DNA of 58,165 nt, filler included, from Circinaria calcarea (lineage: Eukaryota), in the NCBI GenBank assembly GCA_051942165.1. It is 8 parts of 8 records of this genome, joined end to end, with 100 filler letters (N's around TTAATTAATTAA, not from the genome) between each part and the next. Parts side by side here need not be neighbours in the genome. Positions count along the whole stretch, not along the records: positions 43,740 to 50,904 come from JAVECS010001394.1; positions 51,005 to 58,165 come from JAVECS010001395.1; 6 more parts are not named here. One strand, 5' to 3'. This document shows, piece after piece, positions 48,740 to 58,165 of the stretch. The notes beneath the pieces are model-generated. The model had not been told where the DNA came from. It was given only the letters and a program-made list of their open reading frames with translations, and did no database searches. The position numbers and the translations under genes are program-made. Position 1 is the first letter of the stretch, and each line of letters opens with the position of its first letter.

Positions 48740-50560
48740 ATGGCCTCAGATACATCTATACCAGAATGGGAGCTGGAGATCGGCCTTCCTCAACCTGATG
48801 ATCCCTTCATTCAACAATATCTCTCCGGCCGCGAGGCCTTAATCGATCAGGAGAAATCTACGCGCTCTGATGCCTCCTTTCGCTCCTCTCTCGCACCTCT
48901 CGCTCAGGAAGCATGTGCGATTGTCGCACGGATACGGGACGACGAGCGGCGGACGATATGGAGTCAGAGTCATAATGATACGTCTACAGCTGGAAGCGAT
49001 GTGCCGGAGGGACAAGCTTCAGCCAATGTTTTCCCGGGAATGATGTTCGGGTTAGCAAGAGCGAAGATGGAGGAGACCAAGCTATGGCAGATTGTAAGGA
49101 AGATGCCAAAAGGTGCATTATTGCATGCCCATTTTGATGCCATGGTTGACGCAGAATGGCTCATTGGATCAGCGTTGGAAACGGAGGGCATGGCAATAGT
49201 GACGCAAGGTGACCTAGCGAGCCGGGAAGCGAGAGAAAAAGGAACTGTACTCTTTCAATATGTGAAGAATCCTCCGGCATTCGAAGCGGATGGGTTGTCA
49301 ATCTGGGACAAGACGTACGGGGCTGGCAAATTCGTATCGGCAAAGCAAGCTGCCGACAGTTTCCCTGAAGGGGGACGAGAGGGTTTCACGAAGTGGCTGA
49401 GCAATAAATGTATGATTACGAAAGAAGAATCCTTAGATCATCATCTCGGACTGGATGTCATATGGCGGAAGTTCGGATCCTGCTTCCCTATTGTCAACTC
49501 AATGCTCTTTTACGAACCGATCTTCCGCGTTGCGCTCCAACGTATCCTGAAAGAGCTACTGGACGATGGTATCCGATGGGTGGATTTCAGAATAGCTTTT
49601 GTATTTCAATACAGGCGTCAAGGTTGCGTGGATCCTGAAGATGGATACGGAGAAATGCTTCGTGTGTTCGGCGAGGAAGTCAGGAGGTTCCAGGCTACAG
49701 AAGAAGGCAACCGATTTTGGGGCTGCCGGTTCATATGGACAACCCTGAGGGTGTTTGATAAGAAGGGGATTGTAGAGAGTATGATGGATTGTATATCTAC
49801 GAAAAAAAGGTTCCCCGACCTGATATCTGGATTTGATCTCGTGGGCCAGGAAGACATGGGCCGACCACTCGTGGATCTCACCCCAGAACTGTTCTGGTTT
49901 CGAAAGCGATGTCTCGAGGAAGGCGTGGACATTCCATTCTTCTTCCATGCCGGTGAGTGCTTGGGCGACGGCGATGAAACGGATGAGAATTTGTTCGACG
50001 CGGTCCTGCTTGGAACACGCCGGATAGGGCATGGATTCTCCTTGTACAAGCATCCCCTTCTTATTGAGATGGTCAAGCAAAAGTCCATACTAATCGAATC
50101 ATGTCCTATCTCGAACGAGATCCTACGCCTGACCAGCTCAGTTACCTCACATCCCCTACCTGCACTACTTGCGAGAGGAGTCAAAGTTGCCTTGTGTAAC
50201 GATGATCCAGCCATACTAGGACATGGCAAGAACGGTATGACGCATGATTTCTGGCAGGCTCTACAAGGATGGGAAAACTTGGGCCTCGCAGGTTTGGGAT
50301 CTCTGGCAGAGAACAGTGTTCGCTATGCTGCATACAATCCGGACCAACCGACTAAGGAATGGATCAAAGACGTCAAGGATGGAGTTTATGGTCAGGGAGT
50401 GAGGGCTGAGCGGATGAGAGATTGGACGGCAGAATGGAACAGATTTTGTGAATGGATTCTCATGGAGTTCGCTGTCGAGTACGGTAGTGATGGAGATGGG
50501 GAAGGGGAAGAGGAAGAGGAAGAGGAAGAGAAAAAATATACCGTCATAGCCTCCCCCTAA
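48740..50560 (+). CDS. Adenosine deaminase, ADA2/ADGF (CECR1-like) type
   Basis: MPKGALLHAHFD, GFDLVGQED, FFFHAGE, RRIGHG, ESCPISN and NDDP metal/catalytic motifs; intronless; no signal peptide; poly-Glu tail. Confidence 0.93.
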   Translation: MASDTSIPEWELEIGLPQPDDPFIQQYLSGREALIDQEKSTRSDASFRSSLAPLAQEACAIVARIRDDERRTIWSQSHNDTSTAGSDVPEGQASANVFPGMMFGLARAKMEETKLWQIVRKMPKGALLHAHFDAMVDAEWLIGSALETEGMAIVTQGDLASREAREKGTVLFQYVKNPPAFEADGLSIWDKTYGAGKFVSAKQAADSFPEGGREGFTKWLSNKCMITKEESLDHHLGLDVIWRKFGSCFPIVNSMLFYEPIFRVALQRILKELLDDGIRWVDFRIAFVFQYRRQGCVDPEDGYGEMLRVFGEEVRRFQATEEGNRFWGCRFIWTTLRVFDKKGIVESMMDCISTKKRFPDLISGFDLVGQEDMGRPLVDLTPELFWFRKRCLEEGVDIPFFFHAGECLGDGDETDENLFDAVLLGTRRIGHGFSLYKHPLLIEMVKQKSILIESCPISNEILRLTSSVTSHPLPALLARGVKVALCNDDPAILGHGKNGMTHDFWQALQGWENLGLAGLGSLAENSVRYAAYNPDQPTKEWIKDVKDGVYGQGVRAERMRDWTAEWNRFCEWILMEFAVEYGSDGDGEGEEEEEEEEKKYTVIASP

Positions 50561-50904
50561 AAGGGGTCCAGCCGATTAAATAAATAGTATGCGGGGTGTT
50601 ATCTAATCTAAGCGCGTGGCTAAATTTCATGCTGCGTAATTCCGAGGTGTCGATCGTCAGGTGCTGTAGTAGCACGAGTAGGGAGCCTCACGCTGATATA
50701 CATCTGTTTCTATCAGGTGGCGTTACTCCTCATCGTGTCGGTTTGCCAGCGAAATGATTCAGTACTCACGGCAAGACCGTGGCTTTGCGGCTATCACAGG
50801 GCAATCAACAATCCATGCGCAATACACAAACCGGTTGATTAGACGTCCTACCATTTAGCCCGCCCGTCTTGTCGCCGGTATTAAGTCGAACTCCTCCGTC
50901 ATGA

Positions 50905-51004
50905 NNNNNNNNNNNNNNNNNNNNNNNNNNNNNNNNNNNNNNNNNNNNTTAATTAATTAANNNNNNNNNNNNNNNNNNNNNNNNNNNNNNNNNNNNNNNN
51001 NNNN
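50905..51004. other. Artificial contig linker
   Basis: N44-TTAATTAATTAA-N44. Confidence 0.98.
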
Positions 51005-51647
51005 TATTCCCAAGCCCTCACGCATCTCCTACGCACAAACTCCTTTGCCAACTTCTCCGCCTGCTTCCCCACGCCCGCCAAGCGCAAACCGGAGGTCTTG
51101 AGGAGCGTGTGGCGGCAGATTAGCGATCGCATCGAGGAAAGGGCCGACAGCGAGTTTGAGGATATCTGTCGCGAGAGGGATGTGGTGAGGGGGCTGAATG
51201 AGCTGGAAAGGCTGGTGGCGGAGGCGAGGGGCAGGAAGGAGAGGGGGGATGGCGAGGTCCCTGTCGCGTGAGTGTTTCTTTTTTTGTGGTTTGCTGCTTT
51301 TGGACGAGATGGAGGGAGTAGTGCTAATCGCACGGGGATACAGGCCCCATACGCTCGACCCGCAATCTCTCTATCTTGCCCACCTATCACCATATCTACA
51401 GCAGGTCCAGCGAGAATTAAACGCCAAACTTCAGGAGACTGAAGCGCAAAACCAATACCTGATGCTAGAGCTACAGAAGCAAGGCGAGGAGGTAGAACGA
51501 TTGGTCGGGGGTCTGGAGACGGTAGTCCGAGACTTGGAAGGGGCGAACGGGGTTCTGGGGAGTGCGGTCCTGGATGGAAGGATAAAGGGAGAAATCATGG
51601 AGGTGGACGGGGAATTGAAAGGGACTGGAAGGGAGACGAAACTGTGA
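51005..51647 (+). CDS. NNF1: MIND/Mis12 kinetochore complex subunit Nnf1, 5'-truncated
   Basis: NFSACFPTPA...EFEDICRERDVVRGLNELERLVAEA, intron 51268-51343, then PHTLDPQSLYLAHL and a coiled-coil C-terminus. Confidence 0.85.
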
Positions 51648-54134
51648 ACTGGGAAAAGAGTGGGCGTGGGAGTCAATAGGTATGGGAGGATGGTTGGACT
51701 CTACTTTTTGGGAAGTGGAATCCTTTCTTTCAGGCTAACGGAGTTGTGGAACGTCTTAAGGAGGAGGGCAAAGGCTGAGGATTTTAAGAATACAATGTTG
51801 AAGCGCTTTGATCAAGTTAGTATTCTTTCCACATGCGGAGAAGAGCAGCAGCAGCAGCCTCCATGCTGAGGGGAGCGAGCTCGCAAAGGAACCGCCAAGG
51901 ACATATTAATCCCTCGAAGCTTCGTCACTACATTTTGTGATTATGTACTCTGAATAGTTTCTCGTAGGAACACGACGTGGGAAGAAGGAAAGTGAAAAGC
52001 GTCAGGTCGAACTCATCAGATGGGGGTTGGCTTAGCGAGAGGCTTATTTTTCTTCGTTTGAAGCTCTTGGGTCTACGCCTTTACCGTTTCAAGTCATGGA
52101 TATGAAGCGGAGCGGAATCTGGATTGAGGTAGTGAAGCCATCTGGATTTTTGGGTTCGGGGGCGAGGACCTGGTGCAAAGGCTATGACTCAGGAAGAGAC
52201 GAAAACGAAAACGATTACTCTGAAACGCGGCTTACAGTAAGTAGATATATTGCGCCGCCGGAACACACTCTACCCCCTTGTAACCTTTGCATCTTGGAGG
52301 AGACTTTATGGGCGGAGTAGATATCTAAGGTTATCTGCCGTCGGGGAGATCATAGTGAAGGGATCTTGCATCAGACCTCCTCCCCGAAATTGCCATTCCC
52401 GGGCATTTCCCGATGACCGAAACATGTGATACCTGGGGCCTCGATGGAAGTCCTTTACGGGTCGGAAAGAGTTTGGGGACTTCTCGATGGTACACGCAAC
52501 CTGTGCCGGCCGTCGCCTGTGCCAGACAGTCGGGAGCTGACTTGACGTTGCTTTTAAGCCCTGCTTACCTAGATAAGGCCTTCGCTCACGCCAATCGTGC
52601 GAACGCCTTTGGTACGGAACCGCCAAGTCTTTGACATTTCCTAAGCTCCAACAGTCCAAATAGCTCAACAGAGGCTCGGGAAGCGAGATGATGTCCCTGG
52701 TTAAGTAAGTGTACTGTGTAATGTGCCACATGCCACCACTGGCACGGGGCAATCTGATGGTCTAGTAAGCTTGCACCTCGTGGCACCTGCGGAGTTATCT
52801 TTATTGACTGCGGCACGAACATTCCTGAATCCTTGGCCTCGGTCTTCCTTTATGACATGGCATGACCGGCTTTGATGCGGAACAATCCCCAATGCAAGTG
52901 TCTTTCCGTGGCGAAAGTAGCGTGGTAGAACACTCGACTACTCCTAGATATAGAAGGTCCTGAGCTCTAATCGCCCAAGTTGGCTAGGGAGACCATGTAT
53001 GTGACTTCTTCGTCCCGGCAGGAAAGGTCCTCGAGGTTGATCGTCGGGTCCAAAGGGGTCGATGATATTTCCCCTTTTCCCCAAGGACCGCCACTGTCAC
53101 ATCAGCCAAGTCTTTAGCCAATCATCGTCTCAAGCGAGCCCTTCGGTAGTTGGAGCTTGGCAGAATGCAGCGTCGGATGGGTGTGATAGCGTGGAACTGC
53201 GAATGTGCCAGTTCGGTTCCTGCGTTTATGGACCGTGCACTGCATGATTAGCCGCTTTAGCCACAAAGGGCAAAAGTCCGGTAGCGTTGCTCCCTTTTGA
53301 ACGTCGACAACATTCCGAGAAGGGCAACGGGGACAGGCAAAGCAAAGCAGATGAATGACCTCACTCCAATCAACGATGACGAATGTCCAGCCGTGTTTAG
53401 GGAGCCGCTCGTCAATGTCGAATCGCTTGAAGTCGTTTTCCAACAGCGATCCGACCAGCAGAAGCCGAATGGAGGGAGAGCCGCGCTGTGCGCCTCCAGT
53501 TTACCATCAGTTGCCCAATTCCCTCTCCTAAACGGTTGCATTCATATCGGTACCTCGTCAAGAAAGCGAAAAGCCAAACGGCATTAGGGCTTATTCCTGG
53601 AGCAACCATGACTGGACCGTCGCCAAGTTACTAAATAACGCCATATGGCGGACATTGTTACCCCGTGCTTCTGGCGCGGCGGCCTTACCACTGTGCCCAC
53701 TACCAGCAGAAAGCTCCCAGGTTGGATGGCGTGGACGCAATCCCGCCGGGGCCATGGCGATCAGTTCACTTCAATATCGATTGTTGATCTTCTGTCGGTG
53801 GGAGTTTGATTCGCGCATCCCATTCAAGGCTGCCGCAAACCAACACAGTCACCTCATGCTCCCTTTGGCCCTTCGGAAGATAGTCTCGTCTTTCTGGTGG
53901 TGTCTTCTCCAGATATGCTACACCTGAACCAGCAGGGGGCCGTTTTCCTTCTCATGCTCCGGGGTACTCGGGGGCCTTTGATACGGCCGAAAGTGCGGTC
54001 AGCGAGGTGTGCTCGTTTGTGGCTGCCACGTTGCTGACCTTGACCGCCTCAACCCCACCGATGTTGCAGGCCCCTGTCAGGCTAACCCCCATAGATCTGT
54101 CCAATGCCTACTTCTAACCGTCCCTGACCGGCCT

Positions 54135-54180
54135 TGGGATCAGACATGGGATCTCTCGTGGGATCTCTCGTGGGATCTCG
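54135..54180. repeat. 12-bp tandem repeat (TGGGATCTCTCG) x ~4 upstream of the GPCR
   Basis: tgggatcagaca tgggatctctcg tgggatctctcg tgggatctcg. Confidence 0.8.
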
Positions 54181-54587
54181 GAGGCGGCTGACACGCTCAA
54201 CCAAGGACTCTATTCAATAGCGCACCGGACTCCAGGCCCGGACCACTCTCGGGGCAGCCTTCATGATGCCTGATAATCCACCCGACCGCATTCATCATCT
54301 CCCTTCTCTTCTTACACCCACAAATGGCGTCGCAGCTCTTCTTTTCTGTCGTCGTTCTTGTTGTCCCATTGCCCGCGCTGCGGTATCACCCTTTTCATGC
54401 TCTCACGTGTTCCTCACCCGTCGTTACATCTAATCCAAGTCAGCTTACGGGCCTTGAAACCCCTAGGGTGGCCGAGTCGGAAAAGAGCGTTCTGATTAAC
54501 AAGAGCATCTATACATATTACTACCAAACTCCTTTCCTTGGGCTTTCGACACTGAACATTCCCTCATGACAGCCTTCCCTGGACGAC

Positions 54588-56088
54588 ATGGCTGTACTCA
54601 CACCGCATCAACAGCATGTCCTCCAGACCACTGAGAGAGTTTGCTCGATAATCTCTCTTATTGGCACGACCTTCATCTTCATCACCTTTCTCTTGTCACC
54701 GGCGTTCCGGAAACCGATCAATCGGCTTGTCTTCTACGCATCATGGGGTAACACCTTGATGAATATCGCTACCTTGATATCCCAAGCTGGCATGAAAACA
54801 GGCCCGAACTCGGCCCTCTGTCAAGCCCAGGGCTTCTTGATACAAATGTTCGCTCCATGCGGGCTTGTTCCCCACGGATTCCAGTGCTGATTGCCTCATA
54901 GGTTCCTCCCCGCCGACGCAATGTGGAATCTGGCAATGGCTATCAACGTGTACTTGACATTGTTTCATAAGTATAGTGCCACTCAGCTGAGGTCTCTTGA
55001 ATGGAGATATTTGTTGGTGTGTTATGGTGGCACCTTCATACCGGCACTCGTGTATTGTTTCATCGAGGACTCTAAAAGAGGTAAAGTATACGGAGCGGCC
55101 GGCCTGTGGTGCTGGGTCGCCACTGATTGGGACTTCTTGCGGGTAGCTACTTGCTACGGTCCAGCATGGTTTGTATTCGACGGGGAAAGGATTGAAACTC
55201 TGGCTGAACTTGGCATAGGTTCTGCATCATCACAAGCTTTGCAATCTACATCAAGGCTGGTAAGTATATATTCGATAAAAGAAATCAACTTCGTTCCTTT
55301 GGCCACAAACCCGCGGATCAGACTCTAATGGTTGAAAATCCCTTTACAAGCTACAAAACCACCGAGGTTCATATCACTAGTGAGCTTGCGGACTTATCGC
55401 ACCCAAATCTGTCGAAAGCGTCGATAAAGCTAGACCCAAACGACAGGGACCTGTCGAGCCACGGATACCAACAGTACACCGTTACAATCGAACGGGGTTC
55501 AATAAGCCCTAGGACCCAGATGTCACTCCGGTCCGGGACTCACAGGATTAAGAATATACAGCAAAATGTTGCTTTGGAAGCAAATGCCGCAGCTTGGGGC
55601 TATACGAAGTGCGCGTTGCTATTCTTTGTTTCGCTTCTCATAACTTGGGTGAGTCTTCTATTGCATGGAAACATTTCCACCGACCTCCTCCCTTCTACAT
55701 ACAATCACTTTTCCTATCGCCTTTCTAATCCGACTCCCTGCCACAGGTACCGGCCTCAATCAACAGAGTTTATTCCCTGATCTACCCCGATTCCGCCGTA
55801 TTTTCTATCAACTACGCTGCCGGCCTCGTACTTCCGCTAATGGGTTTCTGGAACGCGGTCATTTACGTCACTACCTCTTGGGGCGCCTGTCGAAGTCTCT
55901 TCGATAGGCATGTTGCACGCCCGCTAAGCTTCGATGGCGGTGCCAGTGGTTCCCGGAGATTTCGGAGGGAAAGTATGTTGAGCGAAGGAGGTTCGACGAG
56001 GTACAGCTCGACGCATAAAGCTAGTTTAAGCGAGAGCATGAAAGGATTAGCCGAGGTCGAGAATCGATATATCGGTCCTAAGGAATGA
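54588..56088 (+). CDS. cAMP-receptor-like (fungal class V) G-protein-coupled receptor, 4 exons
   Basis: ERVCSIISLIGTTFI, FRKPINRLVFYASWGN, CQAQGFLIQM|FLPADAMWNLAMAINVYLT, YGAAGLWCW, AAWGYTKCALLFF...TW|VPASINRVY and LPLMGFWNAVIY; seven hydrophobic segments across the exons. Confidence 0.92.
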
Positions 56089-58165
56089 ATATTGCACTGG
56101 TAAAGTAATTGGAATATGTGGATTGTGTGGAGCAGGTGTATTGGGCATTTTTGAGCACGGAAACATCGCATGGGATGGAAATTTGGAGTTGAGCAAGCAT
56201 GGCACATGATACCCACTCGGTTTTGATATTTCTCTACAATATTCTATGTTATGCACTTTCATATTCTATACTATCAAAAGTTTGCGCTGCTCACCTTTCT
56301 TATATCATACTTTGAACATTAACGAATATGCAAGAGACCGTCTGTTCCAAGTACCACAAGGTTGATTCTCATACATGCTGTTCCTTTGTCGGTTTTTATC
56401 ACGTCAGCATCAGTCCCACCATATCAGGATAACCCCTTAGCGGGCACTCTTCGACACGCGAGAAGATAGACAGGATCTTATTCTACTGCATACCGAGATA
56501 CCGAGATACCGATGAAGCCATGGAAAGTTACAATGGCCAGAGATCTCTGGACCTTCAACTTCTCCCTTCCCCAGCCAGGGCCGGCATCGGCACAATACCT
56601 ACTAGAGTACTGGTAGCTCATCCTGCTCATACTTTACAGCTACCTCGAGCTGAGATATCGAGGCTCCTTGGCGTCACTACTTTCAAGCAAAGTAAGCTAC
56701 GAGGAGTATGGGGGCAGTTACAGTCCGTTGGTCTTGATGATCCGCCGGTGGACAGGATTAGTCGAGGGTAGATGGTCAACGTTTCCCCGGTGGAGTTCGC
56801 TTCAGGATGTGCCAATCGAAGCAGCGGATGGAATCCGGTTCGTGCCCGGTTAATGTGAGCTTTATTGTTTGGGTTGTGTGGGGCGAGATTTGTGGTATAG
56901 TCTAGCCGGCCGAGTAAAGCCCAACGGATTCCTTCTCGATGCCATCGTTAACAGCGCCGAAGAAACACCCAAGCCTGCCGCAGGTGTGCTCACCGAGGTA
57001 TTCACACAAGTGCCTTTCTTCATTAATTACAGTCATTCGCTAACCGGATCACGAGCAGGTGTCAAAATACTGAACCTGACTGATTCCGATAGATCAAATC
57101 ATCCTAACCTTTTATTCAATGCGTTGCAGCTTCTCTCAGAGGTTGAGCAAAATGTTCTCGGACGGCTTCACCAACCCTGGACTTTTCATCCTGTGGCTCC
57201 GGCTGCAGTGGGCGAGGAAGAGAATCAACCGTTTCACAGGCTTCTGGTACCAATCCTGCCGGTCGGAGATATGATCGTCTCATTTCTCCTCCCCCTATTT
57301 CCCAATCTCCCGCCCAGCAACCACCGGATCCACCAATTCTTCCCCCTTCCATTGTCGATCGCCCAAAGAAAATTTCCCATCACCAAAATTTTTTTTAAAA
57401 AAAGAAGCTATTGCCAACAGGCTCGTTCGTAACCACGATCGATTCTATTCCCCCCCAGGTGGGCGAGAAATACGGGGAAATTCGTGCGATTAAGGCCTCC
57501 GATATGACTGGCGGAAATTGGAAATTCTCACAATCCGCACAAACAAAAAAGTCGCGGATGTCCCCCAAATAGTTCTCTACCGGAATTTGTATTTCGAACT
57601 AGTTCGTCCGCTTATGTGACGCCGAAGGACCCGAAGGACCCGAAGGGGGCCCAAAGGAAAAATGAAAAAGGAAAAAGGAAAACCAAGGAAGCACCCCCAC
57701 CCCCCCCCCAAGTCGACCATCCCGAATTCGAAAATTTCTCGTTGAATCCTTTTGATCCAATCGAACTCGCGGCTTGATTTTTTCTCCCCCCCCTTTTCCG
57801 GCGGGACTCGGTGGTGGAGGTTTCGAAACACCCTTGGATCACCAGCTGGCTGAAACCGGGGTTTACCTATCCAGCAGATTTTTTATATAAATAGGGTAGT
57901 TGGCAGATCCAAAACTCTACGGCCCGGGGTTTTTTTCTAGGGAGGGGGAAAGGTACCGCACCTTAAATTCTCGGGGGCCGGAGGTTCTTATCTTATCATT
58001 CGCCTTTCTGTTCCTGTTCCTGTTCCTGTTCCGGTTGGTGGATTTGCTTTGTTAGGTGTTTTTTCTTTTTTCCGGCATAGAGCAGACGAGTCGGAGGATG
58101 AGGAGATGGGGATTAGACTCTCCGAAGAGAGGGGAAGGGAGGTTTTTTTTAAACTGAGCGTGTGT

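Noticed and set aside
50490..50535. GAA/GAG purine run at the end of the ADA gene as a separate element
   Set aside because: It simply encodes the poly-Glu tail
7198..51004. Regularly spaced TTAATTAATTAA motifs (~7.3-kb period) as a biological repeat or CRISPR-like array
   Set aside because: Always embedded in exactly 44+44 Ns; this is a synthetic six-frame-stop linker

Overview
Eukaryotic, intron-containing DNA from a filamentous ascomycete (Pezizomycotina; the taxon cannot be fixed from sequence alone). The window is not one locus. It is eight unlinked ~7.2-kb contigs (7197, 7197, 7196, 7194, 7179, 7176, 7165, 7161 bp, sorted by size) joined by an artificial 100-bp linker (N44-TTAATTAATTAA-N44), so gene neighbourhoods only mean something within a contig. 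After manual splicing the genes are as follows. Contig 1: orphan with 9-aa repeats and a phosphoglycerate-mutase-family phosphatase whose ATG is split by an intron. Contig 2: DUF676 lipase, Asteroid/XPG-like nuclease, a single-TM protein and a DAGK-family lipid kinase. Contig 3: partial DenA/DEN1 deneddylase and a >=1798-aa protein with Red1/Rec10/SYCP2-like architecture. Contig 4: NOT4 with short and long isoforms, and partial complex I 30-kDa subunit. Contig 5: a degenerate island (frameshifted C2H2-like gene and a stop-interrupted Upf1-like SF1 helicase) plus partial glutamate decarboxylase. Contig 6: frameshifted HET-domain gene, 2H phosphoesterase, two small spliced genes and the 3' end of RPL11. 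Contig 7: CNT nucleoside transporter, a small secreted protein and an ADA2-type adenosine deaminase. Contig 8: partial NNF1 and a cAMP-receptor-like GPCR. No rRNA, tRNA, CRISPR array or intact transposon was recognised. The strongest leads are the candidate meiotic axis protein, the NOT4 isoform switch, the RIP-like dead helicase island, the HET + 2H pair and the CNT/ADA pair. All are hypotheses that need database checks.
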